Positions 27,182-36,034 of a stretch of DNA of 64,000 nucleotides are shown piece by piece. The first letter of the stretch is position 1; the number at the start of each line of letters is the position of its first letter. The position numbers and the translations under genes are program-made. Origin of the DNA: Bacteroidaceae bacterium (GTDB lineage: Bacteria; Bacteroidota; Bacteroidia; Bacteroidales; Bacteroidaceae); contig JAZLBF010000035.1 in the NCBI GenBank assembly GCA_045613565.1, forward strand, positions 1,373-65,372. Direction: 5' to 3'. The notes below the pieces were generated by a model. The model ran no database searches. It was given only the letters and a program-made list of their open reading frames with translations, and was not told the origin of the DNA.

Positions 27182-27330
27182 GTATCTAATTAGAGATTCG
27201 GAATTAGAGTCGAGCCAATAGAGTAGCATATAAATATAGTTACAGTAAATTGGACTATACTCGTCTATTATTAATTTATGTCTATAGAAATTGAGTAAAC
27301 ATAATTCTAAATAGTAGATTTTCTAATTCA

Positions 27331-28581
27331 ATGAAACGAAGTACACTATTACCATTCTTAGGGTTATTCATTATTAGTTGTAGTAGTGATATTAATTCTA
27401 TTCAGGACCCACATTTTACTGATGAAGGGTATTACATTAATGATACTACCCAGCAAGAACTAATTATTGAACAACCTAGTTCGATTAAATTTTATGTAGA
27501 GGTATCTGGCTCTATGAATGGTTTCTTTAGAGCAAACAAACCCACATATTTCAAAACCGATGTTTGGCAAATACTAAGTTATTACGCACCAATTGCCCCA
27601 GAGATAACCGTTTTGACTAATAGTGGCAATAGCGGAGCCACGTTAGATACAAATAGATTCCAAAACGAAATGAACACAGGAGCCTTTGTTTCACAGGCAT
27701 CTACAAAAGTTCCAGTTATGATTGAAACAATAACATCTAACCTGAATATAGAACAAGGAGAAGTTGCAGTTCTCATATCTGATATGAAGTATAGTCCCGT
27801 CGGTTCTGCTGCACCTGCAGTATTATCCGCACAGTATAGCACAGACATTAGTAGGATTTTAGGAAAATATAATAATGCGGTAAGTATGATTTGCGCAACC
27901 TCAAATTATCTAGCTGCAAATGGAAATGAAATCTGTCAGCGTTCACCATATTATTATGTAATTTTTGGAAACCCTAGTCAAGTAATAAACGTTAGGAATT
28001 GCATTTCAACATTACTTCAAGATAGAGGACACTTTGTTGATAACATAGAAAGCGGTATAAATTACGGTAAGCAAACATATTCATTTGGTTCTCCTATTTT
28101 ATGCGAACAATTAGACTGCGAACCAACATTCATAAACTACGAGGAACCAAATGAAGAATATGGAGATACTTGTACGATAAAACTTAGAATTGATTTGACT
28201 AAGTATCGCTGGATATTAGAAAACGAAAGTATTCTCAGGAATTCGCTAAACATTCAATCTATCTATGGTTCCGATATAGAAATAGGCAAAATATCATATG
28301 AAATAGATACGAAAAAAGACAAGGAACTTAAGCGAGAAGCTATAGCTACTGTAGAAATTAAAGTATATAATTTAGCAATAGACATGGATGTCCTCAAGTG
28401 GAACATTACTCTTCCTGATACAAACTACACTCTCTTCTACGAATTCTTTGATGGAGCAAACGATGAAAATGATGTAACTAAATCTTATTCTGTACAAGAT
28501 TTCATAAAAGGCATGTTCTACGGTGGTATTGTAAATACTCAACCATCAACTAATTATATATTGATTTCTAAAAACTACTAA
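27331..28581 (+). CDS. Lipoprotein with vWA-like N-terminal domain (system gene A)
   Basis: Lipobox FIISC. FYVEVSGSMNGF (27490-27525) resembles the MIDAS beta-strand/DxSGS motif with E in place of D. A later VAVLISDM strand is present. Confidence 0.6.
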   Translation: MKRSTLLPFLGLFIISCSSDINSIQDPHFTDEGYYINDTTQQELIIEQPSSIKFYVEVSGSMNGFFRANKPTYFKTDVWQILSYYAPIAPEITVLTNSGNSGATLDTNRFQNEMNTGAFVSQASTKVPVMIETITSNLNIEQGEVAVLISDMKYSPVGSAAPAVLSAQYSTDISRILGKYNNAVSMICATSNYLAANGNEICQRSPYYYVIFGNPSQVINVRNCISTLLQDRGHFVDNIESGINYGKQTYSFGSPILCEQLDCEPTFINYEEPNEEYGDTCTIKLRIDLTKYRWILENESILRNSLNIQSIYGSDIEIGKISYEIDTKKDKELKREAIATVEIKVYNLAIDMDVLKWNITLPDTNYTLFYEFFDGANDENDVTKSYSVQDFIKGMFYGGIVNTQPSTNYILISKNY

Positions 28582-28584
28582 TAT

Positions 28585-29031
28585 ATGAAAGGTGTTATTA
28601 AACTTTACGAATGGATTGCGGGCAATATGTCCGACTTTACTAAACAGTTTGAAGGAAATGAAAATCTTCAATCACAAGCAAGGAGTTTTTGGAGAAGCCT
28701 TGACAATTACTCTATTGTTAGTGTATTGATATTTGTAATAATAGCAATTGGTGTGGCCACTATGTATTACAAACCTTTTAACAATAAGCCAGGCAGACAT
28801 TACCTACCTAAATATTGGTTTATGTTTTGGTTAGTCTCATTTATTGTTTCATTGTTAGTGACATTTGGTCTTGAATATATTTGTTGTGAACCAAAATTAA
28901 ATGGTGCAACTCTTATCGAGTTTAAGATAGCATTAGCAAATGCTATATATACTGCATTGTTATTCTTATTTATATCAATAATTTGGTGTAATATTTTACC
29001 TACTAACGCTTATAGAATTTTCAAAATATAA
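28585..29031 (+). CDS. Small integral membrane protein, about 3 TM helices (system gene B)
   Basis: Hydrophobic segments IVSVLIFVIIAIGVATMYY, WFMFWLVSFIVSLLVTFGL and ALLFLFISIIWCNIL. 3-nt gap from gene A. Confidence 0.6.
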   Translation: MKGVIKLYEWIAGNMSDFTKQFEGNENLQSQARSFWRSLDNYSIVSVLIFVIIAIGVATMYYKPFNNKPGRHYLPKYWFMFWLVSFIVSLLVTFGLEYICCEPKLNGATLIEFKIALANAIYTALLFLFISIIWCNILPTNAYRIFKI

Positions 29032-29033
29032 TT

Positions 29034-30437
29034 ATGAAAAAGGTTTTTGTCTTTTGCATTGGAGGTACGGGCATTAGAGTAATGAAAAGCATTACTATGC
29101 TAATGGCTGGAGGTATGGATACCAATGGGTATATTGTTGTACCTATTATCCTCGACCCTCACTTGGATTTAGAAGAGAAAAAGAATCTTCATACACTTAT
29201 TGATAGCTATAGAACTATATATGAAAAATCTGTTGAAAACGGTTCTTCTAGGCTAAACCATTTAGAAGGTTTCTTTAATTCTGAAATCCGCACTATTTCA
29301 GACCTAAATAATACCACAAATGACACTCAACAGGTAGTTGGAAGTAACGAAAAATTTAGCCAGTACATTAATTTATCTAATATTGGGGCTAATAATATAA
29401 ATAATCACCTAGTATCTACTTTGTTTTCATCAAAGAACCTGAATAATCCATTGTCTGTAGGCTTTAAAGGAAATCCCAATATGGGAAGCGTAGTCTTGGG
29501 CAATATGATTGAGGGAGCTGATTGGTTTAAATCCTTTAAACAGCATTGCGAACAAGGAGACCGAGTTTTTATAATTAGTTCTATTTTTGGTGGAACTGGC
29601 GCATCTGGTTATCCTCTTTTAGAAAAAAAAATTAGGTTTGCTCAAAATGAACCTGCTGTAAAGAATGCTCTTATGGGAGCTGTTTCTGTCCTTCCATATT
29701 ATGGATTGAAAGACCCAGCGACTACAGGTAGTGACATAGATTCAGCAAATTTCTATACAAAGACTAAAGCCGCATTAGCATATTATCATGGTAATGTAAA
29801 ATCTGATTACTTATATTACATCGGAGAAAAACGCTTGATGCAGGTATATGAGAATGATGAAAGGAAACAGGACGACAAAGCCAATTTCGTTGAGCTTATT
29901 GCTGCTTCGGCTCTATTTGATTTCTTAAAAAGAGAAAAGCCAGATAGACAACAATTCTTAACTAGAGCTATTGAAGAAGACAAAGAATCACTTGACCTAA
30001 ATTCATTAGGCCGAGGATACAAAGATGTTATAAAAAGCGTCGCAGATTTCATGTTGTTACGAGCCATGGTTGATATTCTTCCTAGAGAGAAATATTTCCC
30101 ACTGATAAAAACATACAAGTTTGATGAAAAATTCTATAAAGATTCTGCTTTTGATTCACTTAGTCGATTTTCAAACATATACAACAATTGGTATTCAGAA
30201 TTAGCCACAAATAAGCGTGCATTTGCACCCTTACATCATGATAACTTAAAACAAATGAAAGGGTGGATTAAGGGAATGGTTTTAGATGCTCCTGACGATT
30301 CATATTATTTACTCAAAATGATTCAGGCAAGTAACCATAATTCAGTCGAAAAAGAGCACAACAATACTTTTAGGTTCTTCATGCAATTTGCACATGAAGC
30401 AATTAATTATTATACTAGTAAATTAAATAAACAATAA
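29034..30437 (+). CDS. Tubulin/FtsZ-superfamily-like GTPase (system gene C)
   Basis: N-terminal VFVFCIGGTGIRV (compare FtsZ IKVIGVGGGGGNAV). DRVFIISSIFGGTGASGYPLL (GGTGASG at 29589-29609) is near the tubulin signature [SAG]GGTG[SA]G and FtsZ DMVFITAGMGGGTGTGAAPV. Confidence 0.7.
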   Translation: MKKVFVFCIGGTGIRVMKSITMLMAGGMDTNGYIVVPIILDPHLDLEEKKNLHTLIDSYRTIYEKSVENGSSRLNHLEGFFNSEIRTISDLNNTTNDTQQVVGSNEKFSQYINLSNIGANNINNHLVSTLFSSKNLNNPLSVGFKGNPNMGSVVLGNMIEGADWFKSFKQHCEQGDRVFIISSIFGGTGASGYPLLEKKIRFAQNEPAVKNALMGAVSVLPYYGLKDPATTGSDIDSANFYTKTKAALAYYHGNVKSDYLYYIGEKRLMQVYENDERKQDDKANFVELIAASALFDFLKREKPDRQQFLTRAIEEDKESLDLNSLGRGYKDVIKSVADFMLLRAMVDILPREKYFPLIKTYKFDEKFYKDSAFDSLSRFSNIYNNWYSELATNKRAFAPLHHDNLKQMKGWIKGMVLDAPDDSYYLLKMIQASNHNSVEKEHNNTFRFFMQFAHEAINYYTSKLNKQ

Positions 30438-30438
30438 T

Positions 30439-33400
30439 ATGGGACGAATTGACCTTAATATAGTGGACCGTGGAATACAAGGTACAGATTGGATTGCAGA
30501 GGACATTGGCTTGACCACAGAGCATCTTGATAAGGTTATGGAAATGAAGACAGACAACAGTGGAGCCTTAAATTCATTACCTACACCTTTCGCACGCTTC
30601 TTTGTAGCCAAAGAAGCATTTAGGCGCGCAATGGAAGAGTATCTTGATAACAAAAAAGAAGCAGGTTTCGCTTATAAGCAACTAGTATCTGATATACTAG
30701 ATGTATATGAAATCCTGTTTAATCTCAAGTACCATACTAATAACACATGGAAAAACGGAGAAGGCATAGAACTTCGTGAATGGGATAGCGTAGGAAATCT
30801 CACATATTTAAAACAACAAATGCCAGTATTGTATAATTCGCTTAATGAATATTATAATACTGACATTAAACAAGAGAAATTATATTTTCTTGTCTACACA
30901 GAAGAAGGAAAAGACATTTTATTAGCATGTAGTTCTCCAATTACGGGTTTTGTAACACCGCCAGATTTAGACAAATCAATTGTTAAGAGAAACGGAGCTA
31001 CTGAATACGTGTTTGCAGGAGAACAATACAACGACCTCAACATTCAGCGAAAATCAGGAGGATTTTATTTCCAGGATATAAAAATGTTTGAAGAAAGAGA
31101 CCAAGATTTCAAAAACTATATGTTTAATGTACTTTTTGGCTCTGATGAAGTTAGCGAATCGTTTAAACCCTTAAAAGATTATATTCGAAGTTTTAAGAAT
31201 GACAAAGAAATTCGCAACGACTATAAGATAAAGTTGACTCCAGTAAAAACTGACCAGAATGCCAATTTGATTATCAACCAATTAGCCATTCTTTCTTGTA
31301 ACGAAATTGATATCAACAGTTATTTCAATAACACAATCATAAAAATACCGTATCGAATTTCTCGAAAAAAATTTGAGGCAGTTAAATATAAAAACGATGA
31401 CCCAAATAGAGAATATGATTTCTTATTCCCATTTAAACCTGAAGTACTAAATCTATTCAATAATAATGATATTGACTCCTATATAAATGTCAATAGAACT
31501 TCGGTGACTGTATACCTAAATTATAATGGCAAAGAGTATCATAAAGAATATTCTACTAATCCAACCAATAATCAGGGAAAAATCTATGAACTAAATGTCG
31601 CAAATATAAACTTTAATCTAGGAATATTCCCCAATATATTGTCATATCAAGAATCAGAAAATAATTACTTCAAGATTTTTGTATCTGCTGCGGATGAAGA
31701 CACAGAGGCCCCTAATTTCAGTATAGATAATCTTAGCCTCACTTTTTACAAAAGTAATGGTTCTAGCATTTATCTAATTAAGGAAATTGACCCGACAAAT
31801 GCAGAATTTGGCGTGCTCCCTGCTGTTGTACGCTCAAAACAAGTGAAGAATGGTATAGAATGTGGAACTAAGTTTTACGAATTATTCAATAGCTCCTTTG
31901 ATATTATAAATATCACATTATTTAACCAACATTCTGGTTTCATCATTCCTAAATGGGATAGAAGTATTGCAACCTCAGAACAATTTACATATGCGGTAGA
32001 CCTAGGAACATCTAATACGTTTATCTCACGTTGTAAAATTGGAGATAATAATAAGCCTGAGTTATTCAAGATGGAACAACCAATGGTTAGTTATCTTCAC
32101 GAAATTCCGGAAGACCAACAACTCTCATTGGTTAAACGTATTGAAAATTCTATTTTTGATAGAGCAAAGAATAAAGTTAAAACGGAGTTTGTTCCTGCGA
32201 TAATAGACGGAAAAGATTATAAATTTCCAATTCGCACTGCTCTCTGCGGTATAAAAAACAAATCACAAGCCCCAAAACTGTTTGATAATCACAACATTGC
32301 ATTCTTCTATGAAAAATCAATGTCCAATGATGACCAAGATGTTCATACAGACATTAAGTGGGACAAGAATGACTCTATGTTAAGGGTCTTTATCCGTGAA
32401 CTTTTACTGATTATAAAATGTGATGTTCTACAAAGAAATGGTGATTTAGATAGAACATCTCTAGTTTGGTTTAAACCCTTGAGTTTCATGGGTAATACCA
32501 GAAGTATGTATATTGATATTTGGAACGAAGAAGCCAGAAATATTCTTGCAATAAGTTCTGACAAAATACAATGTTTCTCAGAATCAGAAGCTCCTTATTA
32601 TTACTTTAAGAGGATGGATTACATTAAGGATTCTGATGCGGCTGCTGTCATAGACATAGGTGGCGGCTCAACAGATTTTGTTTACTTCCAAGATAATAAT
32701 CCTATCGTTGCCAATTCTGTTCATTTCGGCTGTGATGTTCTTTGGGGAAATGGGCTTATCGAATTTGAAGATGTACGTCAGAATGGTATATACAAAAAAT
32801 ATGAAAACACAATTAGATTCAGCAAAGAAGGACTACAAGAACTAAATGATTGCTTTATCAACGTGGATAATTCCACAACAAAGGATATAATAAATTTCTG
32901 GTTAAGCAATTCAAATTATTGTGACATCAAGAAAAGTCTAAGCAACGATTTCAAACCTGTATTTGTTTATCACTTAACGTCTATTTTATTCTATATGGCA
33001 AATATGCTAAAAGAATATAGTTATACGGCACCTCGAACAATCGTCTTCAGTGGAAATGGTAGTAGATATATAGATGATTTTATCTGTTCCGACAAGAGAA
33101 TTCTTAAGAAAATAATTGACCAAGTATTTGAGCAGGTATTTGGAGCGGATAATAACGTGCACGTTGTTCTACCAAGTGAACGTAAGGAATCTACATGCTA
33201 TGGAGGATTATACAGAGGTGCTAATGCAGAAGATGTACCAGAAAAGGTATACCAAGGTGATATAAGTTATAGTTATAAGACTGTAGGTGATATTAACAAT
33301 AATTTTGAACATATCAAATCAGTATTAATTTCTAAATATAATGAGCTAGGACGCTTGTATAAAGATATTCTTGAACTACTGAAAACTGAACGTATTATTG

Positions 33401-33582
33401 ATAATACAGATAACACCAGTGTCTATGTTGAGAAATCATTAGAAGACATGGGAGTAGACCTCTCAACCTATTATAAATCACAAATAAAAGAAAAATACCA
33501 AGAAGAAATCCCTCTCTATGAATCGATATTCTTTTTGCCTATTATAAAAAAAGTTTTTGAACTGACAAACCTGAAGCAATGA
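30439..33582 (+). CDS. 1047-aa protein: unknown N-terminal half plus C-terminal actin/Hsp70-fold (ASKHA) ATPase (system gene D)
   Basis: Phosphate-1 motif AVDLGTSNT (31999-32019), phosphate-2 motif VIDIGGGSTD (32653-32676) and adenosine-like motif IVFSGNGSRYI (33046-33066), in the canonical order and spacing. Confidence 0.7.
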   Translation: MGRIDLNIVDRGIQGTDWIAEDIGLTTEHLDKVMEMKTDNSGALNSLPTPFARFFVAKEAFRRAMEEYLDNKKEAGFAYKQLVSDILDVYEILFNLKYHTNNTWKNGEGIELREWDSVGNLTYLKQQMPVLYNSLNEYYNTDIKQEKLYFLVYTEEGKDILLACSSPITGFVTPPDLDKSIVKRNGATEYVFAGEQYNDLNIQRKSGGFYFQDIKMFEERDQDFKNYMFNVLFGSDEVSESFKPLKDYIRSFKNDKEIRNDYKIKLTPVKTDQNANLIINQLAILSCNEIDINSYFNNTIIKIPYRISRKKFEAVKYKNDDPNREYDFLFPFKPEVLNLFNNNDIDSYINVNRTSVTVYLNYNGKEYHKEYSTNPTNNQGKIYELNVANINFNLGIFPNILSYQESENNYFKIFVSAADEDTEAPNFSIDNLSLTFYKSNGSSIYLIKEIDPTNAEFGVLPAVVRSKQVKNGIECGTKFYELFNSSFDIINITLFNQHSGFIIPKWDRSIATSEQFTYAVDLGTSNTFISRCKIGDNNKPELFKMEQPMVSYLHEIPEDQQLSLVKRIENSIFDRAKNKVKTEFVPAIIDGKDYKFPIRTALCGIKNKSQAPKLFDNHNIAFFYEKSMSNDDQDVHTDIKWDKNDSMLRVFIRELLLIIKCDVLQRNGDLDRTSLVWFKPLSFMGNTRSMYIDIWNEEARNILAISSDKIQCFSESEAPYYYFKRMDYIKDSDAAAVIDIGGGSTDFVYFQDNNPIVANSVHFGCDVLWGNGLIEFEDVRQNGIYKKYENTIRFSKEGLQELNDCFINVDNSTTKDIINFWLSNSNYCDIKKSLSNDFKPVFVYHLTSILFYMANMLKEYSYTAPRTIVFSGNGSRYIDDFICSDKRILKKIIDQVFEQVFGADNNVHVVLPSERKESTCYGGLYRGANAEDVPEKVYQGDISYSYKTVGDINNNFEHIKSVLISKYNELGRLYKDILELLKTERIIDNTDNTSVYVEKSLEDMGVDLSTYYKSQIKEKYQEEIPLYESIFFLPIIKKVFELTNLKQ

Positions 33583-35201
33583 GTATAAGCATAATTATTT
33601 CTATCGTTACATCTACGCTATTTATTAGCGCACAATATTACTTTTTTAGAGATACCAGAAAATATAGGATACTATTTCAAAACTTCTTCAAAAAAGTAAA
33701 ACCCTACTCTATTTCTAGACAAAGGGAAGGGAGCATTTATGATGACGAGCCTAATACATGTGATTACGTACAACTAGAACTTGTTGGCACCGAAGAATCT
33801 GATTTAAATAACCTAATCCGAGAAATAAATAATTATATCTTAAAAACAAAAGGAACTACAGATTTCTCTGTAATTCAAAATAAGGTGGAACGCAAACTGA
33901 ACATGAGGTATGACCAGTCTACTGCTAGATTATCCTTCCCTACCTATTTTGGATTATTAGGAACATTCTTTGGAGTATTCATCGGTATTTCATCATTTGT
34001 TTTAGAGTTCGATAGTAGCAATATTACAGACGATGCAATTATTGGACTTCTCGCCGGTGTACTAGTTTCTATGATAACTAGTTTATGTGGTTTGGGGTTT
34101 ACTACATATAATAACTTTCATTCTGGTGGCGCAAGGAAACAAATTGAAGAGGATAAGAATGAGTTTTATGATTTCATCCAAACGGAATTAATGCCTACTA
34201 TTGATGTAAGCATGGTGGCAGCAATCACAAAACTTCATGATACTGTAGACAAATTCGAACCTGCATTTGAACGTGTAATAAATAAATTTCAAACTACTTT
34301 CGACAAGTGCACTGATGCATTTGGTAAAAATTTTGAAAAGAATGTTTCGATTGTCACTGATGCTGTTGATATTATGGGTAGAAACATGGATAAAATCAAC
34401 CATAATATTAATTTACAAGAGAATTTATTGTCGACACTCAAGAGCGGAGAACTTATAGATGGCATGGAAAAATATATCCAAGCAGCAAATCACTTTGGTG
34501 GCATAACGCAATCTCTGAATAAGTTTGAAGAAGCAAGAAGAATGATGTTAGCTGCAACACAAGAAACTATTACAATGCAACAACAATACTCCGAGTCGTT
34601 AAAGATTCCTCGTGAAACAGCAATTAAAATTAATCAAATTCTTGACAGAATAAAAACATTTGAAAATAATATAAATATACTCGGAGAGCAAATTGCACAG
34701 CGAGAAATTTTAGGAAATGAAATTATTAATATCATAAAATCTCAGGTAGATGGTATTGCTAAAAAGGGCAAAATTGCTGACAAATATCTAGGAGTGGCTG
34801 ATGGAAAGCTAGAAGATTTATTTAAAAAGCAATCAGAAGTAATTGATTCTATGAACCATAAATATGGTTCTGCATTAGAAAAACATTTAATTGGATTTGA
34901 AAAGATTTTGGAAGACCACGAAAAGGAAATTATTTCTCGCCGAAATGCCTTCATGGCTGCAATTGAAAACAAGTTATCTATAGAAGATGTCCACCAAGAT
35001 TTCTCCAATCTCAAAAAGTTAAATGACATTAATAAAAATCTATCGGAAATAGCATCTACTTCTATTAAACTTGAAAATTTACATGACGAGATAAAATTAC
35101 TTCAATCTGAATTTACTCAGATAAGAGAGAGTATCGACAATTTAAATAAAGTGAAAGAAGAAGCTAAAAGTAGATGGAATATCTTTGGAGGAGGTAAGTA
35201 A
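33579..35201 (+). CDS. MotA/ExbB/TolQ-like membrane protein with ~340-aa coiled-coil C-terminal tail, a ZorA-like architecture (system gene E)
   Basis: YFGLLGTFFGVFIG (GLLGT at 33951-33965) and GLLAGVLVSMITSLCGLGFTTYNNF match the two conserved TM helices of ExbB/TolQ (…GLLGTV.G… / …T..GL…YN.F). The rest is heptad-rich and charged. Its ATG overlaps the gene D stop (ATGA). Confidence 0.7.
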   Translation: MSISIIISIVTSTLFISAQYYFFRDTRKYRILFQNFFKKVKPYSISRQREGSIYDDEPNTCDYVQLELVGTEESDLNNLIREINNYILKTKGTTDFSVIQNKVERKLNMRYDQSTARLSFPTYFGLLGTFFGVFIGISSFVLEFDSSNITDDAIIGLLAGVLVSMITSLCGLGFTTYNNFHSGGARKQIEEDKNEFYDFIQTELMPTIDVSMVAAITKLHDTVDKFEPAFERVINKFQTTFDKCTDAFGKNFEKNVSIVTDAVDIMGRNMDKINHNINLQENLLSTLKSGELIDGMEKYIQAANHFGGITQSLNKFEEARRMMLAATQETITMQQQYSESLKIPRETAIKINQILDRIKTFENNINILGEQIAQREILGNEIINIIKSQVDGIAKKGKIADKYLGVADGKLEDLFKKQSEVIDSMNHKYGSALEKHLIGFEKILEDHEKEIISRRNAFMAAIENKLSIEDVHQDFSNLKKLNDINKNLSEIASTSIKLENLHDEIKLLQSEFTQIRESIDNLNKVKEEAKSRWNIFGGGK

Positions 35202-35203
35202 CT

Positions 35204-36010
35204 ATGGATGGTAAAAGTAATGGTTCCTTTTGGCCAAGCTACGTAGATATAATGACGACATTATTTGCCATTATGCTCGTTTTATTTGTAGTATCCTTCT
35301 GTCGATTTAAAGTTAAGGAAAAAGAGCAACAAGAAACAATGGATATGCTACAAGCACTTGTTGACGAATATGAAAACATAATCACGGTATATTCAACAGT
35401 GGGTTCTATTGATTCAACTAAATATTTTGGATACGATGAAACATACCTAAAGCACCTGTTTACAGTCGACGTTGAGTATCAAACTCAAGGTTATCGTATT
35501 GCAGACCAATTAAAACTTGACAACATAGATAAGAATGCTGCAAACGAAAAACGCAGTGACATTCTAGCTGCAGGTAATCTCATCAAAGAGACTATACTAA
35601 AACTAGAAAACAATGAATCTATTGATAATAACATTAAGTTTCTTGTAGTTATTGAAGGTCAGGCCTCTAGAGTTAGATTTAATGACGGAGATTGGTACAA
35701 CAACTATACACTATCCTACCTAAGAGCTAGATTTATTAATGATTATTGGAAACAAAACGGAATTAATCTTGACGAAATTCCTCGATGTGAGCTTATAATC
35801 TCTGGAAGTGGTGAAGGTGGAGTACCAAGAATCATCCCTGATGAACATGCGCTGCATATGAAGTATCCAGACCCAATAGACTATAATAAAAATTGGATTG
35901 CAACAGAAGAAAAAAATCAACGTTTTCTTATTCATATAGTACCCGTTATTGGAAACATTGATGTAACAAAAGATAAAATTGAACAAATCAAGTCTCACAC
36001 AAACAAATAA
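35204..36010 (+). CDS. MotB/OmpA-like protein, ZorB-like (system gene F)
   Basis: N-terminal FWPSYVDIMTTLFAIMLVLFVV matches the MotB TM/plug (W..YADFMTAMMAFFL), including the conserved Asp (35246-35248). The C-terminal VVIEGQASRV…NNYTLSYLRA is a divergent OmpA_C-like peptidoglycan-binding pattern. Confidence 0.7.
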   Translation: MDGKSNGSFWPSYVDIMTTLFAIMLVLFVVSFCRFKVKEKEQQETMDMLQALVDEYENIITVYSTVGSIDSTKYFGYDETYLKHLFTVDVEYQTQGYRIADQLKLDNIDKNAANEKRSDILAAGNLIKETILKLENNESIDNNIKFLVVIEGQASRVRFNDGDWYNNYTLSYLRARFINDYWKQNGINLDEIPRCELIISGSGEGGVPRIIPDEHALHMKYPDPIDYNKNWIATEEKNQRFLIHIVPVIGNIDVTKDKIEQIKSHTNK

Positions 36011-36034
36011 TTGTCACATGATTATATTTTGAAA

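Noticed and set aside
26853-27189. ORF-track entries 26853-27035 and 26986-27189 as small proteins
   Set aside because: 26853-27035 starts at GTG, not ATG (I did not check the start of 26986-27189). Neither has an SD-independent context or recognisable protein-like composition, and the two overlap in different frames. The region is better explained as a promoter-to-terminator non-coding transcript.
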